Made by a program: the position numbers and the translations under genes
The notes under the pieces: generated by a model
What the model saw: the letters and a program-made list of their open reading frames with translations, nothing else
What the model was told of the DNA's origin: nothing
The model's database searches: none
Assembly (NCBI GenBank): GCA_964035545.1
Contig: OZ037767.1
Coordinates: 26,242,628-26,306,627, forward strand
Length of the DNA: 64,000 nucleotides
Source: Bugula neritina
Lineage: Eukaryota > Animalia > Bryozoa
Reading direction: 5' to 3'
Shown: piece by piece, positions 25,301 to 39,583 of the stretch
Position numbering within the stretch: the first letter of the stretch is position 1
Layout: the number at the start of each line of letters is the position of its first letter

Positions 25301-28300
25301 CTATGCAAATATAGATTATAATATCATCATTTGTTTAGTCAGTGTACTGTCAAAAAATTAATGTTGGATTAAATTACTTTTCTTAGAAAGTTGTTAAGTT
25401 ATGCTATACATTGTGTATAAATGCTAAAACCATACAGAAAAGAATTGTTATGGATGGCTTTAGCATTTATACACAATGCATAGCATATCTGAACAATAAT
25501 ATCATATGATAATAATAATATTAATAATAATATAATAATAATCGTATTTAAATAGCTTAATATTTTTGAGTCATAAAATAACGCCCAACTGAAGTTTCTA
25601 TCAAGGAATTGTAAAACTCCTTGTACAAGTTTATTTCAGCATTGGGTCAATGGGCACTACATTTTTTCCCATTTCACAATTAAATAACAATCAAATCTTA
25701 AAAAAATGCATCATATATAAGCATGTTTTACAATTATATAATGAAAAGCATTAAACAATTTTCTATGTATCGAGAAATTATTTTGTATCCCAGATGTACT
25801 TGGCTGTGCCCTAAGATATTTAGAGGTGTGTAAGAGCTACCATTGTCCGTCATTGATCCTAATGGACATTATAGGAACATGCATGTAATTAGAAAACAAA
25901 CCTTGGACAGGAGAAGCTAGTGCAGCTGTAAGTAAGGCAAGAGACATGTCAGGGTAAAGTCGGACTACAGCGATGTTGGGAGAAATATCTACGTAGGTAG
26001 TGAAAGGAGTACTAGAAGGCTCCAGGATAAGGTCTTCATCCACTAAGGTTACAAAGAAGCACATGCAATATTTTAGAGACAGTCAAAACTTTAATGTAGG
26101 AAGTCATTTAATTGTAGAACCTGTGGTAGATATAATTTTGTTATTTCGAATATGAGACAGATTTTACAAATTCCGTTGCCACTTTATAAATATATATGTA
26201 TGAGTATAAGTATAATATAAAGAATTAATGCATCAAATATTGAATATGTTGTGATGTGTTACCTGAGATGTTGACCTCAACCTCTCCAAGAACTGGAAAA
26301 TTAGGAGATGCGTAAGCTTCCAGAGTTTCAGCGGATATTTTTGTAGTTCTGTTTCCTCTCAGTAGTTGAGAATCAAAAAACAAACACACCTGAAAACACG
26401 AAAACATGCCTTTTTAAACAGTTGCCTACAAATCAAATGTACTTAGATTAGCGTTAGTTTTTGCCCTTGGTGGAATGTGCCAAAAGCAAGTTCTATAAAA
26501 TATTGGGAAACAAATGATTTGTTGCATTAATATAAAAAGCAAGTTTTTTGTAAAAGCTTGATAACAGGTTTTGTGGGTGTCAGTGTGATACCTCAGGGAT
26601 GTCAGAGTATTGGCCTGCCATTAGCAACGAACCAGTCAGGTTATCTCTGGCATCAGTTCTGGTTTCATAGATCGGGATTTGAGATCCTTCAGAATATATT
26701 TGAGTTTTGGAATAACATTCCTAAATAAAGCATTACAATTAGTGTGTGACTACATGTGCGTGTGCAAGTGTGCAGATGTGTTTGTGTGGGTGGGAGTGTG
26801 CAGGTGACCAAGTATGTAAAAAAGCATCCCCAAACAGCAACAATCATTTGAAAAAAAGAATTAGATTATTTTGAAGCTACTTTTAAAGCAAAACATAAAC
26901 TTGTACAAATAAACTCACCGGTTATAATGACAACCTTCTTTAAATTTTCCAGCGAAAAAGACAATCCAGATGCACTGTAGGCCATAGTATCAGTTCCATG
27001 AAGAATGACAAAGGCATCATATGCACCATAGTTAGTCTACAGCACACAGCCTTATATATTATTGCATAATTTTTTAGAATCATTTATATAATGCAAATTA
27101 CACACCAGTAAATGATAGAAAAGTGAAGAAACTATTACGCTAAAGCACCTGCAGCATTTACTATAAATTATTTTCTTGTAAATTTTAATGTGTATGGTTA
27201 TATTGGTTACATTACATGTTTTATGAACTTGTTATTGAGTGTATACATGTATATATGTAAGGTAAATGCTGGAAAGCATAATTTTGCATAAAAGTTAGCC
27301 AAGAAATAAAATATTTCATACATTCAAAGTTTGAATGATATTTTCTGCTGAAGTGGTCTAAATTATTTAAGCGGTCAGTTGGAATAGCTGTGCTACAAGC
27401 CTCACATATATCAACATAATGCTATGCGTTACAGTATGCAGCAGATATAGCAGGTTGACCCAAGTAAGAACTCATGGTAAGATCTTTGTAACCTTATTTT
27501 GCTAGGAATATTATGTTCACTCACAGAGATGGTGTCAGCAATTTGCATCATCACATCAGTAGTCATGTTGGAGCTGTCCAATAAGTTGGTATACTCATAC
27601 ATGGTGTAAGTAAGATAGATGGGGTTTTCTTCTGTTGTATCTTTTGTTATTATTCTAAAATATAGTATAAACAGGTCATATTACCTAATTTAGTACACAC
27701 ATATCTCTAGCTTTTAGCTATTCTTCAAAACTTTTCTGCTAATATATATGTTTTTTGCCCTAAACTAATAGAATATTAACAAATAGATCTGAATAATTAA
27801 AGTTATTTTCTAATTTTGATTGATTTTCTATATTTTTCTTAGTTTTTTTAGTAAATTGGAATATATTGAGCATTATGGTCTTTTCGTAACTTCAGCAATC
27901 ACATTTCAACTACCAATATGGCAATTAAATGCACTTTATTGTTGTAGGTTTCCCTCTTGATCTTTTTTATACATATTTGCAATAATTAATCATAAAAAAT
28001 ACCACAACCTGTTAAATTTGTATGATTTTTGACTAATTTCAATTAATGGCCTTCATTTGCTGGTGCATATGTGTACAAGATAAAGTAAAGTGACCCAATT
28101 TACCTGTTCATTTAAATACAGGTTTTATTGGCTAATTAACTTGCTAATTATATTCTAAAAAGTAGTTCAAGTAAAATAATGTTTAGACTTACGGCATATA
28201 CATGGGGTCATACAAAGTGCCCGTATCATCTGTAACTCTCTTGTTTGGCAGTTTCCTTTTTGTTGCGGTTGGAGGAACGTAGTCAAGGTCATTGAACAGT

Positions 28301-28780
28301 GAACTGTTATATAGATATTCATGTAGCTTTCCAGGTACATTATCATATTCTGAAAGTACAAGTAAATAAAGAGTATTAACTTCAAATTGTTTACCAACAA
28401 TATGCAGTGTCTTTTTTATTATTTTTATCATATATAATTTGTTATGTTTTAATGTTAACTCATACTTTTTAAAAAGATATATTTTTACAGAAGTCAAAAT
28501 TCAACAATTATATAACTCAGTTAAAGATGCTTTCATTAAATTAAAACTTCACATATATTTTGAGAAAAAATTTTTATTGTTCAAGAAAACTAAACAGTTT
28601 GCTACAAAATTGCGACATTCTTAAAATCTTACCTCCGTCATCATTGGGAACCATCCCTATCGTACCGCCGGTATAAATGAGCATCACGTGTCCATAGCTA
28701 ACTGAGCTGTCACTCAGAGAAGTTGTTTTCATGACATGTGCCCTCTTTGTATTCTGTGTTCTCGATCTGACAGAAGTCAT
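22371..28780 (-). CDS. ASPG: Type I L-asparaginase with ankyrin repeats, copy B; 15 coding exons, about 612 aa
   Basis: Exons 28633-28780, 28193-28349, 27525-27654, 26919-27036, 26592-26686, 26263-26389, 25902-26042, 25146-25300, 24774-24887, 24470-24583, 24176-24274, 23890-24014, 23094-23216, 22809-22908, 22371-22463. Same exon lengths as copy A, all GT-AG, catalytic motifs retained. Confidence 0.95.
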
Positions 28781-30438
28781 TATTTCAATCTTTCTATACA
28801 GCTAAGTTTAAACGCCTCAAGCTTTGACAGCGAAGTATGTTGTAATGACTCAGATTAGAATGCGTGCAAACATTTATGCAGATGCAGAGAAGCACAATAA
28901 CAAACCTGATCCAACTCGCCAGGGATGTTTTGTTCAAAAAGTTTATAAGTGGCAAGAAGCTTTTGTATGCAGCTTTAGAAAATTAACCGAGTTTTTGCAC
29001 AAACTGGCTATAGATGAGTTATAAATGAGAAATGTTTTTGTCTCGCTAGAACAACAAAAAGTGGAGCTGCAATTGAGCAATGTTCACTGACGCAGGCAGA
29101 GACTATTCATTCTTAAAGATATCACCTCCCCGGTGTTTTGATTAAATGCTGTTTGTGCATTGATGTCTTTGAGCAATTATTTGTGCTTTTTTTAAAATCC
29201 ATATTTTACTGAATGCGCAACATCAAGTTTCTGCCTGGAGTTTCTTATTTTAGATCCAACTGTGTAAATAGCTAACTTTTGCACTTGAACAGTGTTTACA
29301 TACTCCTTAGCTATTGATCTTACATAACTTCTCGTGTTTTTTTTTCATTTAGTGCATTTTTGAGACAATATATCAGCTAATCAAAACAGTTTAATAATCA
29401 AATAAAAACACAAGCTTTTCATTGGATTTATTTTTGACACCTTGCTTATTAATAACATTCCAAATAACTCAACGCCAATTAGAATTGCCATGTACCCAGT
29501 GATCATTCAACCTTTCTTCAAGGCTTTACATTCACATTTACTGTTTGCAAAAGGATTTTGAATTTTTAAATTACTAAAACAGGCCAATATGATAGAAAGT
29601 ATGTTATTCCTATTGTGTACATCTTTCACATAGTCAAATGGTGTCGAAGTTTCAAATGTTTTTCTAATAAAGTTAGTTTTTATCAAACAATAGCTATACT
29701 ACTTATAGATAAAACAGTCTCTATATAATGCTTATATATGATAAGTACAACTGTCTACTAAAAACAAACATATTTAATTATAATTACACTTCAAAACATT
29801 GACATTTTGTAAATCTCTTCTTGAAAAATAGCATCTTGGAGAGCTGAAGGTTGCATAATTAATTTCATTTAAACTTATACCAAAAAGCTATAATTTTAAA
29901 AAGCTATTTATAAACTAGTCATATACAAAAAAGTGTGATCTTGAAACTCAAATGCACATTATTAATTTCATTTAGTTGTTGTTCTGTTACACCTCCTTCA
30001 ATGCCAAATATTGAAAATAACTAGTTTGATAATCATAATAGAGTAGCCAGTAGAATTTATAATGTTATGCATGTAGATAGATGTGGTGCGGTGATGATGA
30101 AATTAAGAAAATCCTGTGTTCTATATTGCAACACTTTTAAAGATATAGCAAAAGAAAATATGCTGTCATTAGAAATTTAATCCAAAATGACTTAAGAAAA
30201 TTAAAAAACTTGGGCTAATGAATTCTTTCCTGTGCAGCATTTAAATTGGTATGTTTTTTGCAACATGTTTTGCACTTTTAATCATGTTTGAATAATTAAC
30301 GTTTTTTGAATCAACTAAGCAGCTAAAGCGTGCAGTAAACAACTTTTTTGGATTTTCGTTGAATAGAAAAACTTTCTTTACAAAAGAAATTTTTATGTTG
30401 AAAATACAGTCTGCAGTTTTTCGCAAAAACAACCTGAT

Positions 30439-33400
30439 TAGTCTAAAAGTAACCTACAATTATCTTTCACTCATTACACTTGGAGGGGTGGCCACACAAT
30501 TTGTTTAGAAATAGAGAGTTTGAAGGGTCCTAATAAATCTGTGAAAACTCTAGACTGTTCTGTGCACCCAGTTAGCCACAAAAGCGCTTCAAACTTTGAA
30601 AATTAATCAGGAGTTGTTTTCTTCTAATGTTTTTGTGAATTGGCTAAATATTTTGAAATTATTCAAGCTAATTTAGTTTATATAAGCAAAATAATTTTGC
30701 TGATAATTATAGATACTCTTTTCACTTTTCTGTTATAAAAACCCTAAATTTTTCTGTCAACCCAGTTAGTCACAAAACCGCTTTAAAATGTTATAAGAGT
30801 TGTTTCCCCACAACTTTGTCCAAATCCATCAAGTATTATCTTGAAATTATTGAAGCTAATTTGTTATATATACAAGCAAAAACTTTTGCAGATAATCATA
30901 GATGTGTTTTTCACTTCTCTGAGTTTAATTCTAGTGATTTTCTTGTGAAAAAAAGTGGATTATATGGACGAAAACAAGCAAAAGAATGGGTTTATTAGTT
31001 ATAAGGCAAACATTATTATTGATCGGCTATAAAAAGGCGAATTATAAGTAAATCTGTGTCTGATGATGATTTTCTTCACCATTTTTATTATAATAACTAC
31101 TTTTACAAAAAAGTAATGAGAAGCATGAGCAGGTTGGTTTGGACTCCGGAAGATGATATTTTAAATGTGTACAATTGAGCTTTGCCAATAAATTTAGGCT
31201 GAACTATATATAAATGAGCAATTTGGTTTTTAACACAATTCTATTGGTTAAAATGCATATTTTTATACTATCTTGATATAATGACTCTAGAGTCAATTTA
31301 TCTCAGATATAGTTACAGAAGAAATACCCTAAAGCTTTCCTATAATTTAAAATATATATGGTTATATTTAGGTCACCTATTAGAAAAATGATCTTGGGCT
31401 GCCTCATTCAAAGATCATAGGCATGTACTTTTTTCATGTGTGCCATTTGTCACAAAAATAATAATTTCCTATCAGCAAATAAAACAAGCTGAGTTTGAGA
31501 CTGGTGCATTTTTGTGTGAAACATGGAGTAAAAATATTTTAGAGAACAATATTGTTATTATAGTTGACACATACCAGAAAAAAAATGTGTTCAACTACAA
31601 TTTTTCAAACATTGTGGAATTTCTAAAAAAGTACAACTCAAATCCTTACAATTAAATCATGAGGAAGCAGATACACAAACTTTGTTACATGCAAAATATC
31701 TTATATGAACATCATAATCTCACGTGTAATAATCAAATCTCAATCTTTCATTCTAAGTCTCGCTCTTTGCAAAGCATTACCTTCTTACCAATTATATTTT
31801 GTCACGGGTGTGGTAATCATGGTGTCATGCCAGATAGAGGCTAGGCTAAATTTCCTACTTAGACGCTAGTTATTTATTTTGGTAAAATGTATTTTCATGT
31901 GTAACTTATTTTAATATTATTGAAATATATGTATATTTAAATAAACTTGGATCAATTGCTTGTTATTTAGCACATAAATAAACTTCTTTGATTTGCATTA
32001 ACTTATTAATTTTGTATATATTTTATACATCTTGCCTGTTGTTTGAAAAGATATTTTGTTAATAAGTATCCATTAAAAATAGTGTCTATTATTAATGTAT
32101 TACTACTTTTTGTCCCACACAAATTCGAAAAACAATAGAATATTATTCGAGATAATTCATGTTAGCTACTATAGCTATTAAAATATTAGCTATTTAGCAA
32201 TCAATTCATCAGATATATAGATAATATTAATATATATAAGGTAACAAAATAAAAACAGCGTCTATTTGGGAGGAAACCATAGTCACATTAGCTATTTGGA
32301 TGTCAACATTGCAGCAAATAAATCCAAACCCCAGTTGTGAGCAGCACTTACTAGATTTCATGCTTTAACAGGTTGTGATTAGACTATAGTGCTTTTTATG
32401 GAAAAGAATAGCGCACAGCCTACTCTCTTTTGAGAAAATATCCATAATGTATGGGAAGCTTTGAACACCTTGGGAAGTATTTTATGAAGCAGGAAATTCA
32501 AATGTAGATGGCGTCTGATACACTGTATTTTGTTCATCACTTAATAGAGTTTGCCTCCAACAAAAGATGAATTATATTTGCATGTAAAAAGAGCAAATTA
32601 TCAGGCAGCCATTTGGAGAAAGAGACCACAGCCACCCCAAAACATCATGGAAGTATTGTTGAGAATTATGGCAGCATAAATATGAAGTGGATGATTCAAG
32701 CATCCGCACATGAGTATGTATATTGCAAAGTTTAAACTGCTCCTGTAAGATCAGCTGCAACATATCAAGATGTGGATGTCAAAAGTCTCAAATACAGTGC
32801 ATGCATACTGATGTTTGTCAATGTAAAGATTGTCTGCAAAAAGAAGCTCTATATATTGGGGAAGAAGCTGATGAGACTGACAGCTGTGACAATGATGGCG
32901 AGAATACTTTTTCATAATAAAGCACTTTTTTTAAACATTTGTTATATATTTTGCTGCAAGCAATTTGATTTTGATCATCTCTCATGCTTCCGTTCCTTTA
33001 AATAATTTTACAGAATCTTGTTGATTTTTGCAGACGTTTAACGGCTACCGACAGACTAGCAAATGATTCACTTGGGCTGAGCTCAAGAGGTTTCAATATT
33101 TATTCATTTCAACATTTATTTTGTACCATAATTTTATAAATATAATTTTTTCACACATCAGCATGATTTTTTTTATTTTTGTATAAATAGCTTAGTCATA
33201 CAATTATTCTGCATGCTTATGCCTCATGCAATATATTATATATGTCAATTCATAACAAACATATATGTTTATATAAACAACTTGGTTTTAATTATAGTTA
33301 GCGTCTTGCAGTCTTTAAATTCAATATCAGCATAAAATTTCAAGTAAGAGACAATTATTTTTGGTATTTCAGCAAATATTTTTTCTTCAAGATAGCTTGA

Positions 33401-33629
33401 TAAAATTGGATACTATTTGGCACAATCCACATTTCTTTTTATCACCCATCTAAAATGCCAGTTTGTTTTTGGCAATAACTTGAGTTTGGGTAGAGATAAA
33501 ATTTTAGAATTTGTAGATTCAGAATCAGCACAAAATTCTGATCTAGAAACAACTTTTTTTGAGTGGCCACCTAGTAAAGTGTAATAAGCCAATTTGTTGA
33601 GCACTTTTTGGGAGGTTACTTCTAGACTA
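30439..33629 (+). mobile_element. Decayed Academ (AcademX-type) DNA transposon
   Basis: TIRs TAGTCTA(A/G)AAGTAACCT ... AGGTTACTTCTAGACTA; 3-bp TSD GAT (30436-38, 33630-32); empty site at 8514-8516 in the other cassette copy. Broken coding remnants HEEADT (about 31658), FHALTGCD (about 32356), LPPT...HVKRANYQAAIW (about 32550-32615) and a Cys-rich CxC tail (32723-32917), typical of the XPG-like nuclease plus Cys8 finger protein. Confidence 0.8.
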
Positions 33630-33955
33630 GATGTTGACAGGCCGTAAGACATCAACTAATATACGGTGTTAAGTTACCAATCTTTCTATTAGCACAACAC
33701 TTTTTTTTGCCAGGAATTGCATGCAAAGTGCTTTTGCACTGAATACCAAGCCCCTGACACTGAGGCAATGTCAGATAAACACAAACTGGCTGCTACTATT
33801 AGCTCAGTGATTTTACAAAATGGTATGAGCTAAATTCCAGGAATCTTAGCTTTTGTTCATTAGCTTTTGGACTAAACACTTTTCAAATACAGGACTAAAT
33901 ATCAATAAGGAGTTTTGTAAAGCTTAATCAATGAACAAAAACACCTGCATGTATT

Positions 33956-35451
33956 TATTCTTAAAGATATCACCTCCCCGGTGTTTTGATTAAATGCTGT
34001 TTGTGCATTGATGTCTTTGAGCAATTATTTGTGCTTTTTTTAAAATCCATATTTTACTGAATGCGCAACATCAAGTTTCTGCCTGGAGTTTCTTATTTTA
34101 GATCCAACTATGTAAATAGCTAACTTTTGCACTCAAACATTGTTTACATACTCCTTAGCTATTGATCTTACATAACTTCTCGTGTTTTTTTTTCATTTAG
34201 TGCATTTTTGAGACAATATATCAGCTAATCAAAACAGTTTAATAATCAAATAAAAACACAAGCTTTTCATTGGATTTATTTTTGACACCTTGCTTATTAA
34301 TAACATTCCAAATAACTCAACGCCAATTAGAATTGCCATGTACCCAGTGATCATTCAACCTTTCTTCAAGGCTTTACATTCACATTTACTGTTTGCAAAA
34401 GGATTTTGAATTTTTAAATTACTAAAACAGGCCAATATGATAGAAAGTATGTTATTCCTATTGTGTACATCTTTCACATAGTCAAATGGTGTCGAAGTTT
34501 CAAATTTTTTTCTAATAAAGTTAGTTTTTATCAAACAATAGCTATACTACTTATAGATAAAACAGTCTCTATATAATGCTTATATATGATAAGTACAACT
34601 GTCTACTAAAAACAAACATATTTAATTAATTACACTTCAAAACATTGACATTTTGTAAATCTCTTCTTGAAAAATAGCATCTTGGAGAGCTGAAGGTTGC
34701 ATAATTAATTTCACTTAAACTTATACCAAAAAGCTATAATTTTAAAAAGCTATTTATAAACTAGTCATATACAAAAAAGTGTGATCTTGAAACTCAAATG
34801 CACATTATTAATTTCATTTAGTTGTTGTTCTGTTACACCTCCTTCAATGCCAAATATTGAAAATAACTAGTTTGATAATCATAATAGAGTAGCCAGTAGA
34901 ATTTATAATGTTATGCATGTAGATAGATGTGGTGCGGTGATGATGAAATTAAGAAAATCCTGTATTCTATATTGCAACACTTTTAAAGATATAGCAAAAG
35001 AAAATATGCTCTCATTAGAAATTTAATCCAAAATGACTTAAGAAAATTAAAAAACTTGGGCTAATGAATTCTTTCCTGTGCAGCATTTAAATTGGTATGT
35101 TTTTTGCAACATGTTTTGCACTTTTAATCATATTTGAATAATTAACGTTTTTTGAATCAACTAAGCAGCTAAAGCGTGCAGTAAACAACCTTCTTGGATT
35201 TTCATTGAATAGAAAAACTTTCTTTACAAAAAAAATTTTTATGTTGAAAATACCTGCAGTTTTTCGCAAAAACAGCTTGATTAGTCTTATAGAAGTAACC
35301 TCCAATTATCTTTCACGATCATTACACTTGGAGGGGTGGCCACGCAATCTTTTTAGAAATAGAGAGTTTGAAGGGTCCTAATAAATCTGTGAAAACTCTA
35401 GACTGTTCTGTGCACCCAGTTAGCCACAAAAGCGCTTCAAACTTTGAAAAT
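33956..35451 (+). repeat. Local direct duplication of about 29108-30603, including the Academ left end
   Basis: Near-identical sequence by direct comparison; occupies the place of 8835-10030 of the first cassette. Confidence 0.9.
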
Positions 35452-36812
35452 TGTTTGCTGATGACACCAGTGTTTTCTCCACAGATATTATGAACTTACA
35501 GCACAGAGTTAACAAAATTAGTCAATGGTGTGTACTCTGTGTAGCAAACAAAATTGTTTCAAATTCACAAAAAATCTTGTATTTCATGAATCCCAAAAAC
35601 ATTTTTTAAAACCTTTTAATCGTATAGTTTTGAACAACATACCTATGTCAATCTTTAAGGGTACTCATACTGTATGAGTACTCCTAAAGATCGACCACCC
35701 TGCTGTATGCAAGCTGAGTGATACTCTTGGGGTAGACATACTGGTCTAGCCTAGCATGCAGTGGTGCCCAGTGTGTTAATATTTGATAAGTTTAAACAGA
35801 AGCCAAAAATGTTTGTTAGATATGATTGGATATTTTAAAAAGTCAAGTTATCTGGCCACACTGAAGGCCTAGTTTTCTTAACTCATTATGAATAATTCAG
35901 AAAGCAAATTTCTCAATTTCAAAGTTTAAAGGTGCACACTGTGTGTAATGCTAGTATTATATAATAATATATCTAGTTATTATACATGTACTGGTTAAAA
36001 TGTTCTAAGTCTTAGAATTATTTACATGGTACCAGATGAGGTGATATATCAGCAGCATTTTCTAACTGCAACCATCACAAAATCTGATCAAAGTATGCAA
36101 CTTGAATGCACAATTCTATTATGTCCACATTTTAATATTAGGCCAATAAAAGCAATTCTGTGCATGTGTTTTGAAAATTTATTGGCTGACTGAACCATAA
36201 ACGTGTTTTATTGGTTGATCTGTTTAAATACGCATTGTGCAAGTGCCTGATTGTATGGTATATATATATATTTGTTTACTTACTCAAAAATTATTTAAGC
36301 TCACAGTTAGCCATTTAGCAGCATCAGGTAGACAGCGGTTTATTTTGAATAGCAATTGTTGTTAACCCGCATTTACTTCATAAACAGTTCACCATTTATA
36401 AAATTTTGAAGCACAGTTGTGCAGAAATATTTGACTTATAATAGGTTTTTATGCAAAGATTTTAATTTGAGTTTGGAGATGGTGGTCATGTTATCTTAAT
36501 TATTCATGTCATACCTGTTTGGATAAATTTTAATTCTAATCCCATTTACTTTATCCAGTTTATTTTTTTCTAAATTAAGCTTTAAATCATGTTTTCTAAA
36601 ACCATATAACAATTTGAAACAACCACTCTAATTTTGCAAAATTGGTGTTCAACTTATTTTTTCCCTAATTCGCCGAACAAATAGGCCTTGTTGTTACTTA
36701 ATTGGATAATAAAGAAAGTTTTTTTTTAATCAATGGGGTATAATGAAATTTTCACAAAGCATCTTATATAAAATTAATTGTTGTTTCAGTCAGATCCTAA
36801 CACTGTGCAGCC

Positions 36813-39379
36813 ATGGTACTAATCCTAGAAAAACAGAGAGTTGAAAGACACGTGTTTCAACACAAAGGCCACATTGTTGAACACCCCTCAACACAGAAAA
36901 AGTTAGAAGTAAGTTAGCATGTCTTACTTTGCTGTACAATTATATCTTAGCCAAGTTGTAAGCTATAGATTGCAGGCCGTAAGCTACTTCATCAAATTAA
37001 TAATCATCTATGAACTATTACAATGTTGAAAAACATAGTTGAGTTGTTTCGCTTAAGGAACACTGACTAATTGCCCAAACCATGAGCCTAATGAAAAGTA
37101 AGGTTCCAAAGCTTGGTAAAGCAAAATAATTTTCTAGTATAATATTCAATGAATTTATCATGTAACTGACATAAAGACGTTTAACAACTTAAAAGAAAGT
37201 ACAGCATAACACACTGCAGCAAGCTTTCCTGCTTTACTTTAGTTTCTTTAATGCACTACTAAATTTCAAAACAAAAATGACCCGAAACCACAGAATGTGT
37301 TTTCTATTTATCGTAAAACTGTATTTAGATATTGAAATCATATAATTTGCTCATGAATTTCATAGAGAGTGAATGCAGGATACAAAGACTTACCAGAAAC
37401 TGTAATTGAACATAATGTTCTGTACGCTACCCAAGAGGAGTTTGTGGTGATTGATGAGGCATCTAGAGGTACTATAACTTTAAATTTTGATATTATATTA
37501 GTATTAAAACTATTACATAGTATATACTGATGGTAAAATGCCTGTTAGTTGAGTTAAGTGTCCGTAGTTAACACAAGTTTATATTTATTTTGCTTATTCA
37601 TTATTCTTTTATTCCTTGCAAAAATATTCTGTATGCTATGTGGGTATTTCAGAAAAAAATTAGAGTTTATGTGTTGCTGTCAACAGTTTGAAACAAATTC
37701 AAGGGTAAGCCAGGAATAAAAAATTATTGCATGGCAAAAGCTTTTAGCTTTTAAGCCAGATCAGTGACCAAACCTGTGTTGCGGCAGCCAAGAATATCAT
37801 GTTATGAAGGTCAGCAATAATTAGTATTAGGTAGTGTTCTAATACCATAGGAACTTCATATCCTAATAGAAAAACATCAGCCTGACTGCAAAATTTATTA
37901 CAAACCAATTTTAAGCATACAACTTTTATACAGTCTGTAGATGATAAATAAGATATATATGAATATTTTATTACTGAATATAGATGAGATGTGTCAGAGA
38001 CATTTCAGCTTCTGGGCTTCTTTATTCAATATTTTCTGCCACAGCACTACTTTGTGCAAAGCCTATTTAAAGCTATTTTTATACGTATTGTTTCATACAG
38101 GGTCTATACAGTACATAGCTACAGATGAGGCTACCACCTGCCATATTGTCATCCTTGTACAACCAGGTACAGTAACTATATTCTACTCACTCAACCTGCA
38201 TTTGTTATGTCATATAATCATATTTTATGCTACTTTTTAAATTATGTTTAAAACTGATTTTTTACCATAAAGTCTATATGCTGGTAAATCAATATGGAGG
38301 GCAAATTTGTCTGGCATTGCAGAAGAGAAGATTTACATACAGACCAATGAGATGACGTCCACTTGAACCGGCTTTGTTATGTATAAACTATAGACTACAT
38401 GTATCTAGAGATCAATTAGCATGTTATACTTTACTCCGTTAGATCTCAAGGTTTATGGGCTCGGCCATTTTGATGGGAAGAAGAAATCAGGTCAGGAAGA
38501 GTCTAATACTAACCAAGGAATCACTTCCATGCTGGATGCTATGGACGCTCGCTGTGGAACATCTGGCTCTGCCTCAACGTAGGTTTATTCTGCAGTCTGT
38601 AACAAATGTATATAATACTATTGTGATCACACCCAATAAAATAAATAAACATAGAAGTTATAGCATTATAAAGTTTGTATGAAACCATATTTTGCAAAGC
38701 GAAATATACATATTGCATTGCATGTATAAGCTGCTATTTTTAATATGTTTTAACAATTGTCAGATTATAATGCATTTTTTATTTATTTTTTGAATGAAGC
38801 TAGTTAAATGAAAAAATACTTTTATATAACAGTAATTTCCTAATTATTAAATTTGCAACTCAGCAGCTAAAATGTAGCGCAATACACCTATAAGCAAATA
38901 CCACAGCTTAAACACCCACTAAGCATACCTAAGCGTCAAGTAAACCATTATGGAATTTAATTTTGACAGTCTTTACTAGACAATTTCAGTCAATAACAGT
39001 CTAAAGGTGCATTTATAATACCTATAGGTTTTGTAGTCAAAATTCAATTTCAAGTGAAGGTATAAACGCACCTTTAGTTAATATTGTTTCTTGAATTTTA
39101 AATTCAGTAGCCTGTGAATTATGTTAAGCATGAACTGTTAATGTAGCATATGAGATACCTGACTGTATGTAAGTAGGCATAGTTTTTATGTTCTGTAGCT
39201 ATGATCTTTATATGTTTGGTGGATTTGCTGACCCAATGGGAACATCTGCCGAAGTGTCTAAAGAGCTTGTAGGTAACTGTATAAATCTATCAAACTTGTA
39301 TATGCATTGTACCTGCAGTACAACTATAATAAAGTTTAGAGGACAGACAACATTCTCTGATCTAAATAATACACACACA

Positions 39380-39427
<48 letters not shown>

Positions 39428-39495
39428 CACACGCACACACGCACACACGCACACACGCACACACGCACACACGCACACACGCACACACGCACACA

Positions 39496-39583
<88 letters not shown>

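Noticed and set aside
26686-26690. ASPG-B exon 5 acceptor CAG>AAG as a disabling mutation
   Set aside because: The AG is retained and AAG acceptors are functional, though weaker; no other lesion was seen in copy B.
28824-29024. 66-aa ORF immediately upstream of ASPG-B on the + strand
   Set aside because: The homologous sequence in cassette A (about 6842-7040) has an in-frame stop and an indel; no motif support.
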